From the NCBI GenBank assembly GCA_041653515.1, contig JBAZFG010000004.1:6568-70567 (forward strand): a stretch of 64,000 bases of DNA. Direction: 5' to 3'. This document shows, piece after piece, positions 1 to 9,341 of this stretch; position 1 is the stretch's first letter, and the number at the start of each line of letters is the position of its first letter. This DNA comes from Candidatus Nanoarchaeia archaeon. Its GTDB lineage: Archaea; Nanobdellota; Nanobdellia; WJKC01. The notes below the pieces were generated by a model. The model made no database searches. It had not been told where the DNA came from and saw only the letters and a program-made list of their open reading frames with translations. The translations under genes and the position numbers were made by a program.

Positions 1-240
1 CGCAAGCGAGCGCAGAGGAACTAAGTAAATAGTTTTGCCACCGCGAGACTTATTAATCATCGCAGCCACTTGAGCTACCAGTGTCTTGCCACTACTCGTC
101 GGCGAAGCTAATAATAGATTAGTGCCGTCAAGAAAACCAGTATTAAACGCTTCAGCTTGTGGTGGGTAGAACTCGTGAGGCAAGCGCTTAACAAGCGGTT
201 CAAGACAAGGGTATTGTTTAACTAAATCATTAATGTCCAT
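1..240 (-). CDS. Hel308/Ski2-like DEAD/DEAH-box helicase, N-terminal fragment (gene continues beyond the window start)
   Basis: Reverse-strand ATG at 240-238. Translation is MDINDLVKQYPCLEPLVKRLPHEFYPPQAEAFNTGFLDGTNLLLASPTSSGKTLVAQVAAMINKSRGGKTIYLVPLRSLA, with Q-motif-like PPQAEAF and Walker A ASPTSSGKT. Absent from the ORF track because no stop lies inside the window. Confidence 0.65.
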   Translation of the reverse strand, partial: MDINDLVKQYPCLEPLVKRLPHEFYPPQAEAFNTGFLDGTNLLLASPTSSGKTLVAQVAAMINKSRGGKTIYLVPLRSLA

Positions 241-294
241 CTAAATAAAAAATGATAGTTAGCCACTTATTAAGTTAATGCAAGGAAACAACCG

Positions 295-400
295 CTAAGG
301 GATAAGTTTTTGTTAAACAAAAGGGCACAGCCCCTCTTGACACCTCATGATTTTAAAGAAATAAGTGACTAAAACTAAGAGATAAGTTTTTATTAAAATA
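295..400 (+). promoter_or_regulatory. Upstream region of the surface-protein operon with two direct repeats of CTAAGrGATAAGTTTTTrTTAAA and a TATA-like box
   Basis: ctaagggataagtttttgttaaa at ~295-317 and ctaagagataagtttttattaaa at ~375-397. AT-rich TTTTTATTAAAATAA ends ~20 nt upstream of ATG 418. Confidence 0.3.
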
Positions 401-417
401 ATAACTAAGAATCCTTT

Positions 418-1824
418 ATGAATAAACGAGGGGAGAATGGGAAAAGCGCTGGCGTAATGCTGGCAATATTCTTGATATTAATGGCAGCGTACATTATTTA
501 CATAATGTTACTCCACCCTTGGGAGCGAAGAGCGTTATTAACAGTAGAATCAATGATTACAGTCAACGTTGTTGACTGCGATTCAGGTTACCCAATTAAT
601 GGCGCCAGAGTTAATCTTTATAACAATGAAGGAATAATTGTTGAGGAAGCAACAACAACTAATGGCTCAATTGTATTCAATGAATTCCCTGATTGTTTCA
701 TAATTAAAGCATCTTATGATGCTGAGCAAATAAGAGAAGTATGCACTGGTAATGGGGAACACAAAATAATTAACTTCTGTTACGACCACCCTGAAGCTAA
801 CCCTAACATTATTTATTATCAGGACACTATTGGTTTTATTGGCGGCACCACTGGAGAAGAAGTGAGTAATAAGAGTTTTAGCAACGTGTTATTATCATAC
901 CCATTAAATAATGTTACAATAACTTACCCTTCATCATTCATTTACTCAAACATCTTATGGAGTGAAGGAATGAAGATTAATTTAACAAACATTAATGAGT
1001 CATATACTAAAGCAATTAACTTTGAATTTAACATGGGCTCAAAAAGAGGCGACCCAACCACAAGGGTTTATGTTAATGGTCAATTATTATTTGATAATAA
1101 AGTATCAACTAATGAATTAGTCAGTGTTAGCATACCAAAACAATCGCTTAATGAGACAATGAACTTTGAAGTTAAATGTGATTTCAACGGCGTTTTCTTC
1201 TGGAGCACTCAGGATTGTAACTTAACTAATATAAGAGTTACTCAAGAGTTTTACTCCCCAGAGAAAACTAGTCAGGAATTCCCGTTCACTATCTCAACAA
1301 TTGAGTCGCAAGCAAATAGTCTTGGGTTATCATTCACTAGTGTTAATAATGTTATTGGCGGGGTAACAGCCAGCATTAATAATGTTCAAGTTTTTGACAG
1401 CAACTCATTATTAGCTAAGAATTACACTGCGTCAATAACTGTTGAAGGCATTAATTTTAACAATGACACTAACACGCTTCGCTTCAACGCTAACCCTGGT
1501 GCAGAAGCGCTATTAAGAAACATTAAGTTATCGTTCACTGCGCCAGTCACGCCTAAAGAAAAAGAGGTTATTGAGTTTGCTATTAATAATAATACTATGG
1601 ACTCACTTGATAGTGCAACTATTAATTTCTTCCTAAGTAACATTTACTTGAATGGTGAGTTATTATTCAAAGTAAATGATATTACTTACGTGACAACTGT
1701 TTACAAAGCAGGCTGGAACTCATTCACCATTGACAAAGAAGACTTAGCTAATGATAATGTATTAGAGATAAGTGCTATCACAGGTCGATTTGAGATGGAT
1801 GAATTAAGAATAACCTACGAGTAA
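418..1824 (+). CDS. Secreted or signal-anchored surface protein, many N-x-S/T sequons, hypothetical
   Basis: ORF-track protein of 468 aa. N-terminal hydrophobic anchor AGVMLAIFLILMAAYIIYIML followed by a large Asn/Thr-rich extracellular region. First gene of a co-directional, tightly packed operon. Confidence 0.6.
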   Translation: MNKRGENGKSAGVMLAIFLILMAAYIIYIMLLHPWERRALLTVESMITVNVVDCDSGYPINGARVNLYNNEGIIVEEATTTNGSIVFNEFPDCFIIKASYDAEQIREVCTGNGEHKIINFCYDHPEANPNIIYYQDTIGFIGGTTGEEVSNKSFSNVLLSYPLNNVTITYPSSFIYSNILWSEGMKINLTNINESYTKAINFEFNMGSKRGDPTTRVYVNGQLLFDNKVSTNELVSVSIPKQSLNETMNFEVKCDFNGVFFWSTQDCNLTNIRVTQEFYSPEKTSQEFPFTISTIESQANSLGLSFTSVNNVIGGVTASINNVQVFDSNSLLAKNYTASITVEGINFNNDTNTLRFNANPGAEALLRNIKLSFTAPVTPKEKEVIEFAINNNTMDSLDSATINFFLSNIYLNGELLFKVNDITYVTTVYKAGWNSFTIDKEDLANDNVLEISAITGRFEMDELRITYE

Positions 1825-1883
1825 AAACGCGTTTTTCTATATGAGTAAAGTATTATAAATCCTGAAACACTTAGGAAAAAGTA

Positions 1884-3899
1884 ATGGCGGAAATTGATGA
1901 CAGGATTGCTGCTCTTGCTAAAATGTTTAATAACACTACTGATGAAAATGAAAAAGCAGGCATTCAAAAGCAAATTGAGACTCTAAAATTATTGAGGAAT
2001 AAACAATCACAGGAGAGCACTGAAAAAGAGAAAACCTCTAAAGAAAAATACGAAGAAGAATCACAGGAGAGCACTGAAAAAGAGAAAACCTCTAAAGAAA
2101 AATACGAAGAAGAATATTATAAAAAGAAACTTGAAACTGAAAGTGCTGCTCAAAAAGCACAAAGTTCCTCTAAGACATTATTCAAACAGGGCTTGTCTTC
2201 TGGTTGGTTATTATTATTTATCGTTATGGCTGTTATTGGCTTCTTTTTAGTAATATTTAGCACATGGCTGGTTGGATTGCCATTAATCATTGCTGCAGGC
2301 GTGATAGCTTACAATAGAGGTAACTTAATGATACCAAGATTAACAGCAATACTAATCGCAATGTCATTCAAGTGGATGCCAATCATACCCCAATATGATT
2401 TAATCAGCGTTTTTGGCGTGACAATCGGTTTCATGGCAATAGTATTATTAATGCCTGAAGCCAAAGAGGGTAATAGTAAAAGCGGAGGGGTCTTTAAAGC
2501 AGGACCTGCTTTGTGGTGGGGTATTCTTGGTGTTATCATAACAGTTGGTTGGTCTATATTCATTTTTGCTGGAGTAACAAGCGGCACTACTATTGCGGCT
2601 GTCGCTGCTATTACTGGCGCAATGGTTGCGGGCAGTATTATCTGGAAGCAACCAATTAGTTCTGGTTGGAAAGGAATCTTAACACTAGCTTGTTTCTCGC
2701 CATTAATATTCCTCGGAGTTCAATACTTATTCATTGCAGGCGGCACAGCTCTTGGCGGCATCTTTGATGAAGTACAGCACTTACTAGGCCAAGGCATTGG
2801 TAGCACAGGCACATCACTTGACTGGTTATTAAACCCAACGCTGGCAGTGCAAGCTCAACTAAAACCACCAAGCACTGCAGCAACAACTACTAGTGGCACA
2901 GTCTCAAGCGTTAAATTAACTGTTACAGGGGATACCCTGCCAAGCACTGGTTGTTATGATTCCAGCCCATTCCAAATAATTGGTCGCATCAAGAATACAG
3001 GCACAGAGCATATCAGCTCGCTTGATGTTATAATGGAGCCTGACTGGTCTGGCGCGTCATTAACAAGTCAGTGCCGACAGATTAATTTGCCAACTGATTG
3101 CTCAACAACTATCACTTCAATCCCAACCGGTGTCACCTCAACCGTTGATTGCACAATTGAAAGCGTGCCGTCAAGTGATATTATAGGCGCGACAGCTACT
3201 CACACTTGTTATGTTGATATCACTGCAACAACAGGTTATCATAGCACTGCCCGACTGCCAATCCAATTCATTGAGTATGAGTATGGTCGCAGTAAGTTTG
3301 AGCAACACCAATTAACTCAACGAATCACGCCAAGCACGACTGGACCCGGCCCAGTTGAATTAAGCCTTGGTGGTTTTGAGCAACCAGTGCTTAATTATGT
3401 TAGCACAGGAAACGCGTCACCGCAGAAACTAACAATGATAACTACTATTAGTAATGACGGTACAGGTGATGTTAATAATTATGTTAGCGCTTACTTGTAC
3501 ATTCCTAATGTATTATTAGATGAAGGTCAATGCTCAGGCGCAGGCAATGGTTGGACTTGTATTAGTGAATTAAATTGTGATTCATTAAGCGATGAAGCTA
3601 AGACTAATTGCTTGAATTTCCTTACTTACAAGAATAATGGGTTAATCGCGGGTTATACTCAATTTGATTATGATTACGCTGACGAGTTATTAAATAATGA
3701 TTTCTCAATCTGCTTTTACAACAATGAGATTAATATTGATAATATTGAGACTAGCAAGTGCGTGTTAAAAGTTGGTGATGTAATGGATGGTGATAGTACT
3801 GCACTTAGGAAAACAATGCTAATAAGAGGCGATGTTCTTTACTCTTACAAAGTGACTGGTGAAGCCAGCTTCCAAGTCAAGGATTGTGATGTATCATGA
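1884..3899 (+). CDS. Polytopic membrane protein with N-terminal coiled/repeat region and C-terminal Thr/Ser/Cys-rich extracellular domain (CARDB-like NTGT motif)
   Basis: 671 aa. Tandem 18-aa repeat SQESTEKEKTSKEKYEEE x2. About 6-8 hydrophobic helices between aa 105-290. Downstream region contains IGRIKNTGTEHISSLDV, typical of DUF11/CARDB beta-sandwich domains. Stop overlaps the next start (ATGA). Confidence 0.6.
   Translation: MAEIDDRIAALAKMFNNTTDENEKAGIQKQIETLKLLRNKQSQESTEKEKTSKEKYEEESQESTEKEKTSKEKYEEEYYKKKLETESAAQKAQSSSKTLFKQGLSSGWLLLFIVMAVIGFFLVIFSTWLVGLPLIIAAGVIAYNRGNLMIPRLTAILIAMSFKWMPIIPQYDLISVFGVTIGFMAIVLLMPEAKEGNSKSGGVFKAGPALWWGILGVIITVGWSIFIFAGVTSGTTIAAVAAITGAMVAGSIIWKQPISSGWKGILTLACFSPLIFLGVQYLFIAGGTALGGIFDEVQHLLGQGIGSTGTSLDWLLNPTLAVQAQLKPPSTAATTTSGTVSSVKLTVTGDTLPSTGCYDSSPFQIIGRIKNTGTEHISSLDVIMEPDWSGASLTSQCRQINLPTDCSTTITSIPTGVTSTVDCTIESVPSSDIIGATATHTCYVDITATTGYHSTARLPIQFIEYEYGRSKFEQHQLTQRITPSTTGPGPVELSLGGFEQPVLNYVSTGNASPQKLTMITTISNDGTGDVNNYVSAYLYIPNVLLDEGQCSGAGNGWTCISELNCDSLSDEAKTNCLNFLTYKNNGLIAGYTQFDYDYADELLNNDFSICFYNNEINIDNIETSKCVLKVGDVMDGDSTALRKTMLIRGDVLYSYKVTGEASFQVKDCDVS
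2007..2114 (+). repeat. Perfect 54-bp tandem duplication (2 copies) inside the CDS, encoding an 18-aa repeat
   Basis: tcacaggagagcactgaaaaagagaaaacctctaaagaaaaatacgaagaagaa at 2007-2060 and again at 2061-2114. Confidence 0.9.
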
Positions 3900-4939
3900 A
3901 AAAATCATTAATAGCAATAATGGGCTTACTATTAATCTGTGGTTGCTTAGGTAATAATACTACGAGTACTGAAACTAAAATACAATCAACGCAAGGTATT
4001 GGCGTGCTAGAGTTCAAAGCAGTGGTTGATGACATGATAGCAAGCACTTACAATTACTTATTATTATCCATTAGGAATAACGCTGAAGGCAGTAGTGCTA
4101 AAAATATTATGGTCAGCCTTGAGAATGTTGAGCCATTCATGATTTATGAATGCAACCAAGAGCACGCGCCTAATGAGAAAAGAACTTCAGTCTGCAATCA
4201 ATTCTTTGATGATGTTGGCGAAGCTTACCGAACGCATAAAATTAATAATATGTTACCTGATGAAGAGATTCAATTCTTCTGGAATATTAGGGCGCCAACT
4301 GAGCAAGAAATAGTTAACTTAGCTTATGACCAGACAATTTATTACTCAATGAGTTATGATTATACCACGACAGTTACTCAAACAATTGCAGGTATCAGCC
4401 AAGCAGAGTACTTAGAGCGCAGTAAGGAAGGAGCAGTAACACTATCAGGCCAAACAATTAGTAGTCCAGGTGAAGTGAAAATAGAGAGCAAGACTCAGCA
4501 ACCAATAATATACACAGAAGGCAGTAGTATCCCACTGGATTTCACGCTTCAATTTGAATTAGATAATGTTGGAACAGGCGTGCCAAAACCAGGGAGCACA
4601 ATAATAGTGGCAGTTAAGAGTGATGAGTCAACCAGTGTTAATGAAGAATTAGCGCGCAGGGCTGGTTGGTTGCAGTATAGTGAAATACAATCAGCTTTTG
4701 ACGCTAAGTTCCCGTTAATTGAATTCGAGGAATTAACATCAACAATTAGAGAAGGCTTATGGATTACTAGTATTGATAGTAGTTTGATTAGGAGCAGTAG
4801 TTATTCGTTAATATTACCTGTGCAATTTAATACAGGAAATGTTTATGAACCACAAAAGATTTTAACCTTTAGTGCTTATATTTCATACACGTATTTAAAA
4901 GAAGGAAGCACCAGCATAAGTGTTTACCCAGTAGAGTGA
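3896..4939 (+). CDS. Putative lipoprotein or surface protein (lipobox-like LLLICGC), hypothetical
   Basis: N-terminus MKKSLIAIMGLLLICGCLGNNTT, with a signal peptide and Cys lipobox. Contains the CARDB-like motif FTLQFELDNVGTGVP. Confidence 0.6.
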   Translation: MKKSLIAIMGLLLICGCLGNNTTSTETKIQSTQGIGVLEFKAVVDDMIASTYNYLLLSIRNNAEGSSAKNIMVSLENVEPFMIYECNQEHAPNEKRTSVCNQFFDDVGEAYRTHKINNMLPDEEIQFFWNIRAPTEQEIVNLAYDQTIYYSMSYDYTTTVTQTIAGISQAEYLERSKEGAVTLSGQTISSPGEVKIESKTQQPIIYTEGSSIPLDFTLQFELDNVGTGVPKPGSTIIVAVKSDESTSVNEELARRAGWLQYSEIQSAFDAKFPLIEFEELTSTIREGLWITSIDSSLIRSSSYSLILPVQFNTGNVYEPQKILTFSAYISYTYLKEGSTSISVYPVE

Positions 4940-4944
4940 TTTGA

Positions 4945-5937
4945 GTGATAGACAACAAAACAATAAAAATAGCAACAATTGGGATGATAATACTACTTGC
5001 AGGTTGCACTGGAGAAGAAATAAACTCTGGAACAGGAATAACATTGAAAAACGAATTAAGCACTGAGTTAATGCAGCCAGGCGGCAGCGTTCTATTAAGA
5101 ACTAGCATTAATAATTTTTTTGACAGAGAATTAATTAATGCTCAAGCAAAATTAACAAGGAGTTTTGGTGAACTTGAAGCTAATCCATCAGACACAGCTT
5201 TTGTTGGAACAGTTCAGGCTAACCCTAACGCTACTGCCAGAACCCAATGGACTTTAGATGTTAGCGAGACTGCTAGCAGTGGCACTGAGTTCACTAATAA
5301 GATAAGACTTTGTTTTAATTACAATCAAACTTCTTGGCATGAGATAGTTTTGGTTAATAGTTTTGAAACAGAATCAGAAGTGAATAGTGGCGAGGATTCA
5401 GGCCCGTTAAAGATTAGTTTTGCAGGCATTGACACACCGTTCCCGTATAACGAGCAGATTAAGAGCCAAATACCAATTACAGTCAGTATTAAGAATGATT
5501 ATACTGGTTTTGTTGGTCGCTTAGGTTTATCAAGAGATGAGATACCTAACATTACTTACATTGAAATGAGGTTCTATGATAAGGATGGCGGCCCAGGATT
5601 AGGATATGTTTCTAATGGCTCGCCTTTTGGTGCTAACTTAAAGGAAGGAACTAATTTTGAAATAATCAAACAGTTCACTAATCCTTCATGCGATAAGAAA
5701 ACCAGTGGTTGCATGAATTGTGATAACAGTTTATGGGATGAAACTAATGGTTATTTCAAGTGTTATGCACAGAACATATCAGTGTTTGGTGACGAAACGT
5801 TTATTGGAACTAAATTAAATGTTACTAAGCTTGATGTTGAGGAGTTAATTGAGAAAGTTGAAGTGCTCATTTCATATGATTATTGCATTGAGAGTGAAGA
5901 CTTCATGATAACAGTGTTCACACCTGGTGGTAGGTAA
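4945..5937 (+). CDS. Putative lipoprotein or surface protein, hypothetical
   Basis: N-terminus IGMIILLAGCTGEE lipobox. Contains ITVSIKNDYTGFVG CARDB-like motif and sequons. Confidence 0.6.
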   Translation: MIDNKTIKIATIGMIILLAGCTGEEINSGTGITLKNELSTELMQPGGSVLLRTSINNFFDRELINAQAKLTRSFGELEANPSDTAFVGTVQANPNATARTQWTLDVSETASSGTEFTNKIRLCFNYNQTSWHEIVLVNSFETESEVNSGEDSGPLKISFAGIDTPFPYNEQIKSQIPITVSIKNDYTGFVGRLGLSRDEIPNITYIEMRFYDKDGGPGLGYVSNGSPFGANLKEGTNFEIIKQFTNPSCDKKTSGCMNCDNSLWDETNGYFKCYAQNISVFGDETFIGTKLNVTKLDVEELIEKVEVLISYDYCIESEDFMITVFTPGGR

Positions 5938-6926
5938 TGAAATCCTACTTCTTATTTTTTATTTTATTTTTATCAACACTAATAATGGGTTGCACAGGTT
6001 CTGAAGAACAAGTTTATGAGGGTAATGGTTTAGTAATCACTAATTTTACCAGCACTTTTAACACTTTAAGGGTTAATGAAGCCACTAACCTAAAATTAGT
6101 GATGCTTAATAATGGTGATTTTGAAGCGTGGAATATTACTTCAATTCTTTATGGTGAGGGCTTAATGACACGTGAGAATGAGAATAATTTTACTTATAGT
6201 ATTTTATCTGATAAACAAGAATTACAATTCTGGACATTAAGGGTTCCATTAAAATTAAGTCAAACTGAGTCAACGAGTTATACTATTAGTTCAAGAATGT
6301 ATTATTACTATAATTTTTCTGGTTTCCAACAAATTGGTTTTGTAGCCCCAACTTATGTTGGCGCTGACTTGCCTTTATCAAGCAGCACTAGTAAGTCACC
6401 ATTAAAGGTATCCATACAATCAAGGAATCCTATTAGGACCCTGCCTGATGAGGAGTCATTATTCTCAATAACTATTACTATTATTAATATTGGTGAGGGC
6501 AGTATTAATTATATTGATTGTATTGGCAACCCTAATTGTCGCAAGAAATCATATATTAATGATTTAAGAATTTCAGTGCCTGCTACTTGGACGCCAGTGA
6601 CTGACCTTAGTGCTTGGAGTAATGAAGTTTCGGGTGATGATATTGTTTATTCAATTAATTTTGGTGAATTAGATGATAATTATTATGAAGTGCTTAATTG
6701 TGATGAAACAAGTTATGATGAAACACCTGCTTGTTATCCTTTAAGTGAAGCACTTAATAGTTTGCGTATGGTTAGGGATGAGGAAGCGCGAATAGTATTG
6801 CAATTCCAAATTGATGAGGTTACTGAAACACTCATTGATTCAGTTAAGGTTAATGGAAACTTTGGTTATAACGTGGATGTTAGTGATTTCAAGAACCCAA
6901 TAACATTACTAGTGCTGGGTGATTAA
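5937..6926 (+). CDS. Putative lipoprotein or surface protein, hypothetical
   Basis: N-terminus FILFLSTLIMGCTGSEE lipobox. Contains LKLVMLNNGDFEAWNI and ITIINIGEGSINY motifs. ATG overlaps the upstream stop. Confidence 0.6.
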   Translation: MKSYFLFFILFLSTLIMGCTGSEEQVYEGNGLVITNFTSTFNTLRVNEATNLKLVMLNNGDFEAWNITSILYGEGLMTRENENNFTYSILSDKQELQFWTLRVPLKLSQTESTSYTISSRMYYYYNFSGFQQIGFVAPTYVGADLPLSSSTSKSPLKVSIQSRNPIRTLPDEESLFSITITIINIGEGSINYIDCIGNPNCRKKSYINDLRISVPATWTPVTDLSAWSNEVSGDDIVYSINFGELDDNYYEVLNCDETSYDETPACYPLSEALNSLRMVRDEEARIVLQFQIDEVTETLIDSVKVNGNFGYNVDVSDFKNPITLLVLGD

Positions 6927-6947
6927 ACTCTTTTTATATGAAAAGAA

Positions 6948-7020
6948 ACTTTGGTTTCCCAATAAACGCTCTTTTCAAAAAAAAGGAAGAGGTGTAGAGA
7001 GGGGAAAACTTTGGTTTCCC
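6948..7020. repeat. Two direct copies of GAAAACTTTGGTTTCCC, each holding the small hairpin GAAAC-TTTG-GTTTC, between convergent genes. Possible bidirectional terminator pair.
   Basis: gaaactttggtttccc at 6948-6963 and gaaaactttggtttcccc at 7002-7020. Confidence 0.4.
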
Positions 7021-7023
7021 CTT

Positions 7024-7785
7024 CTAACCAATGTAACATTGTCTAATAGTATTATTATCTGCTAAGCCTGCCAGTCTTGATTCTTCTTTTAATTCTTCTT
7101 CATAACTCTTGATTTCATCATCTAATTCATCAAAGTCAAGCTTGAAGCCGAGGTATTTGGTGATTACGGTTAATATCTTCTTGGCTTCTTTAACCCCAAC
7201 GTGTTGTGATTGATTAATGGTTTCAGCTAGTAATGAGAAAGCATTAATTTCTTCGAGGCTAGCAATACCTAATAATAAGCCTGCCGCGCCAAGCACTATC
7301 TTAACTGTCTCGTTGCCATCAAAAATAACGTCCAAGCCATTAAGTGATTCCTTAATTGATTCATTATTAATTATCACATGAACCCTTGGCTCGTCTGGTG
7401 GTTCAGGTAATCCAATACCACCAAGCGTGACTAATTCACTAACCCCTAATTCCTTGGCCAACTCAATGATTTTCTTACAAAGAGCATAACTCTCGCTGTC
7501 ACCTGTTGGTTGAATATCTCCTGAGACTAATAATAAATCTCTACCATTGATTTTTGTGTGATAAAACTCAATGCTAAACATCTTAATAGTTGAGTCATCA
7601 TTAATCGTCACTGAATTAGGGAATACATCTGAGAATAACTCAATTATTTTTCGCGCCTTAAGTTTATTAACTAAGTAATCAATGCTGGCGCGCGCAACGT
7701 TACCAATGCCTGGCAAGCCTTCAATCATTATGGGGTTAATCATCTTAACGGTCTCAAATTTTTTAACTACGAATTCAGTCACCAC
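7024..7785 (-). CDS. PAC2-family protein (proteasome assembly chaperone-like, COG1938)
   Basis: N-terminal MIEGLPGIGNVARASIDYLV matches the G-x-PG-x-G signature of archaeal PAC2 proteins. Sits where COG1938 usually follows aIF2alpha in archaea. Confidence 0.55.
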   Translation of the reverse strand: MVTEFVVKKFETVKMINPIMIEGLPGIGNVARASIDYLVNKLKARKIIELFSDVFPNSVTINDDSTIKMFSIEFYHTKINGRDLLLVSGDIQPTGDSESYALCKKIIELAKELGVSELVTLGGIGLPEPPDEPRVHVIINNESIKESLNGLDVIFDGNETVKIVLGAAGLLLGIASLEEINAFSLLAETINQSQHVGVKEAKKILTVITKYLGFKLDFDELDDEIKSYEEELKEESRLAGLADNNTIRQCYIG

Positions 7786-8539
7786 TGCTCACCAGAACTC
7801 TTAATGATTTGCCTTTAGCTACTAATTCAATCATTAGTTTATTAAAGAATTCTTCAGCAGTCTTATAATTCGTTGACTCAATGGTTAACAAGAATTTATT
7901 TGAACCAAGATAAGATAATTTAGTGGTTATTATTTTAGTTGATTTAATACTGTTTAATAATTCTTTTATTCGATTAACACCATCACCTTCAACTGAACTA
8001 ATGCTTAAAGTTTTCTTAATGCTGACATTTAATTGTTGCAGCATTGAATTAAAACTATCATTGATTGGCTTAACAATATTATCAGGTAATTTGACCATAT
8101 CAAGGAATTTCAAGCCTTTATCTCTTAAAGCTTCAAAAGCATTATAGAGATTGCCGTACTCCTTAACAAAAGAAGTTATTATGTTATCAGTTATTGATAT
8201 ATCACCTGCTTCTTTACAAGCGTGTTCAACTAAGTGATAAAAGCGTTTCTCAATTCGTGATTCATTAAGTTTTTGTTTGCGACCACCACTATTAACGCGT
8301 TTAAGGCTCACGTCAACCTCGCCTGGTTTAGCGCGCAGTATTTTACAAACAATTTTTTTATTAACACTCAGGTGATCCTTAATATTCTTAACACCTCTTA
8401 AAGCTACTTCACCAATATGGAGCATGCCTTCAACTCGTTCGTACTCATCAAGGTCAACAAAAGCTGAGTGAGGGCTTAATCGCTTAACAGTGCATAAGAC
8501 TAATTCACCAACTTCAGGTAAACCTTTTTTCTTAAACAT
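7775..8539 (-). CDS. eif2a: Translation initiation factor aIF-2 alpha subunit
   Basis: S1-domain N-terminus GELVLCTVKRLSPHSAFVDLDEYERVEGMLHIGEV. About 254 aa. GGAGGTG SD 8 nt upstream inside the S27e gene end. Confidence 0.85.
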   Translation of the reverse strand: MFKKKGLPEVGELVLCTVKRLSPHSAFVDLDEYERVEGMLHIGEVALRGVKNIKDHLSVNKKIVCKILRAKPGEVDVSLKRVNSGGRKQKLNESRIEKRFYHLVEHACKEAGDISITDNIITSFVKEYGNLYNAFEALRDKGLKFLDMVKLPDNIVKPINDSFNSMLQQLNVSIKKTLSISSVEGDGVNRIKELLNSIKSTKIITTKLSYLGSNKFLLTIESTNYKTAEEFFNKLMIELVAKGKSLRVLVSSGD

Positions 8540-8543
8540 TAGT

Positions 8544-8720
8544 TCATAACACCTCCTTTACTTTAGCCAACACAATAGTCTTGCCTCCTGAAGGCTTAGC
8601 TATTAATTTACTGCAAGAATTACAATTAATCTTTGAAGTAGCTTTGCCGAAAATTACTTGCTCTTTATTGCATTCAGGGCAAATGACTTTCAGGAATTTA
8701 CTGGTTGTTTTTTTAGTCAT
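8544..8720 (-). CDS. rps27e: Ribosomal protein S27e
   Basis: Not in the ORF track. Reverse-strand ATG 8720-8718 (alternative ATG at 8723), stop at 8546-8544. Translation MTKKTTSKFLKVICPECNKEQVIFGKATSKINCNSCSKLIAKPSGGKTIVLAKVKEVL has the C4 zinc ribbon CPEC...CNSC. Conserved S27e-aIF2alpha linkage. Confidence 0.8.
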   Translation of the reverse strand: MTKKTTSKFLKVICPECNKEQVIFGKATSKINCNSCSKLIAKPSGGKTIVLAKVKEVL

Positions 8721-9292
8721 CATTCACTTAACACCTCCTTAATGGCTTCCTTTTCTAATAATAATTTAACAACGCTTAAGGGTAGGTTAGCAACGTCTTC
8801 TTGTTTGAATGGCCCGAGGGTTGATTGGCCCCACGCGAATTCAGGGAAGTCATTGATAAACCTGACTAATACGTTATTATCATTTAAGACAGGGTTGTCC
8901 TCTTTTTTAAGCTTTCTACCAGTTAGTTGATTAAAATAATCATTTAAAGTGTTTCTTAGTTGATTGTAAAGAATCGCTTCAAATGATAACATTCCTTCAG
9001 TTTCGGGTTTAACACCCATTCTAGTGTCAACCAGTACTTGGTTGAATATTTTTTTGGCGCGGTGCTCGAACACGCCTTTAAAACTCTTGCGCGCGTTAAC
9101 TAACTCATTCTTGGTTCGCTCTTTCACTTTCTGGGCAATGATATTATCATCGCTCTTATCAAGCATTGATTGTTTATCAATAATATACGAGTTAAAGCGG
9201 TCAATGAATGATTCGTCAACATCAGTTAGTTTATTGCTCTCACGCTCGTTGCGTTCAACAACCCTTAATTCATCATAAGTCAATAAGTCCAT
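8720..9292 (-). CDS. Hypothetical protein, possibly a GINS (Gins15-like) replication factor
   Basis: 190 aa, helical, no Cys motifs. Immediately downstream and co-directional with the primase gene. The Gins15-PriS neighbourhood is conserved in archaea. Assignment rests on context only. Confidence 0.3.
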   Translation of the reverse strand: MDLLTYDELRVVERNERESNKLTDVDESFIDRFNSYIIDKQSMLDKSDDNIIAQKVKERTKNELVNARKSFKGVFEHRAKKIFNQVLVDTRMGVKPETEGMLSFEAILYNQLRNTLNDYFNQLTGRKLKKEDNPVLNDNNVLVRFINDFPEFAWGQSTLGPFKQEDVANLPLSVVKLLLEKEAIKEVLSE

Positions 9293-9341
9293 GAATAATA
9301 AAGTCCAATTATAGGGTTTTAAGTCTTTCTCTTTAACAAAA

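Noticed and set aside
1422-1643. Multiple short antisense ORFs inside long CDSs (for example 1422-1643, 2309-2587, 2448-2651, 4869-5108, 23308-23610, 27035-27646, 44474-44701, 45194-45415, 46659-47228, 50712-50909, 55638-56151)
   Set aside because: Embedded antisense or alternate-frame ORFs within conserved genes. Typical six-frame noise in AT-rich DNA.
8658-8930. 90-aa plus-strand ORF
   Set aside because: Antisense to S27e and the 8720-9292 gene. Low-complexity. Spurious.
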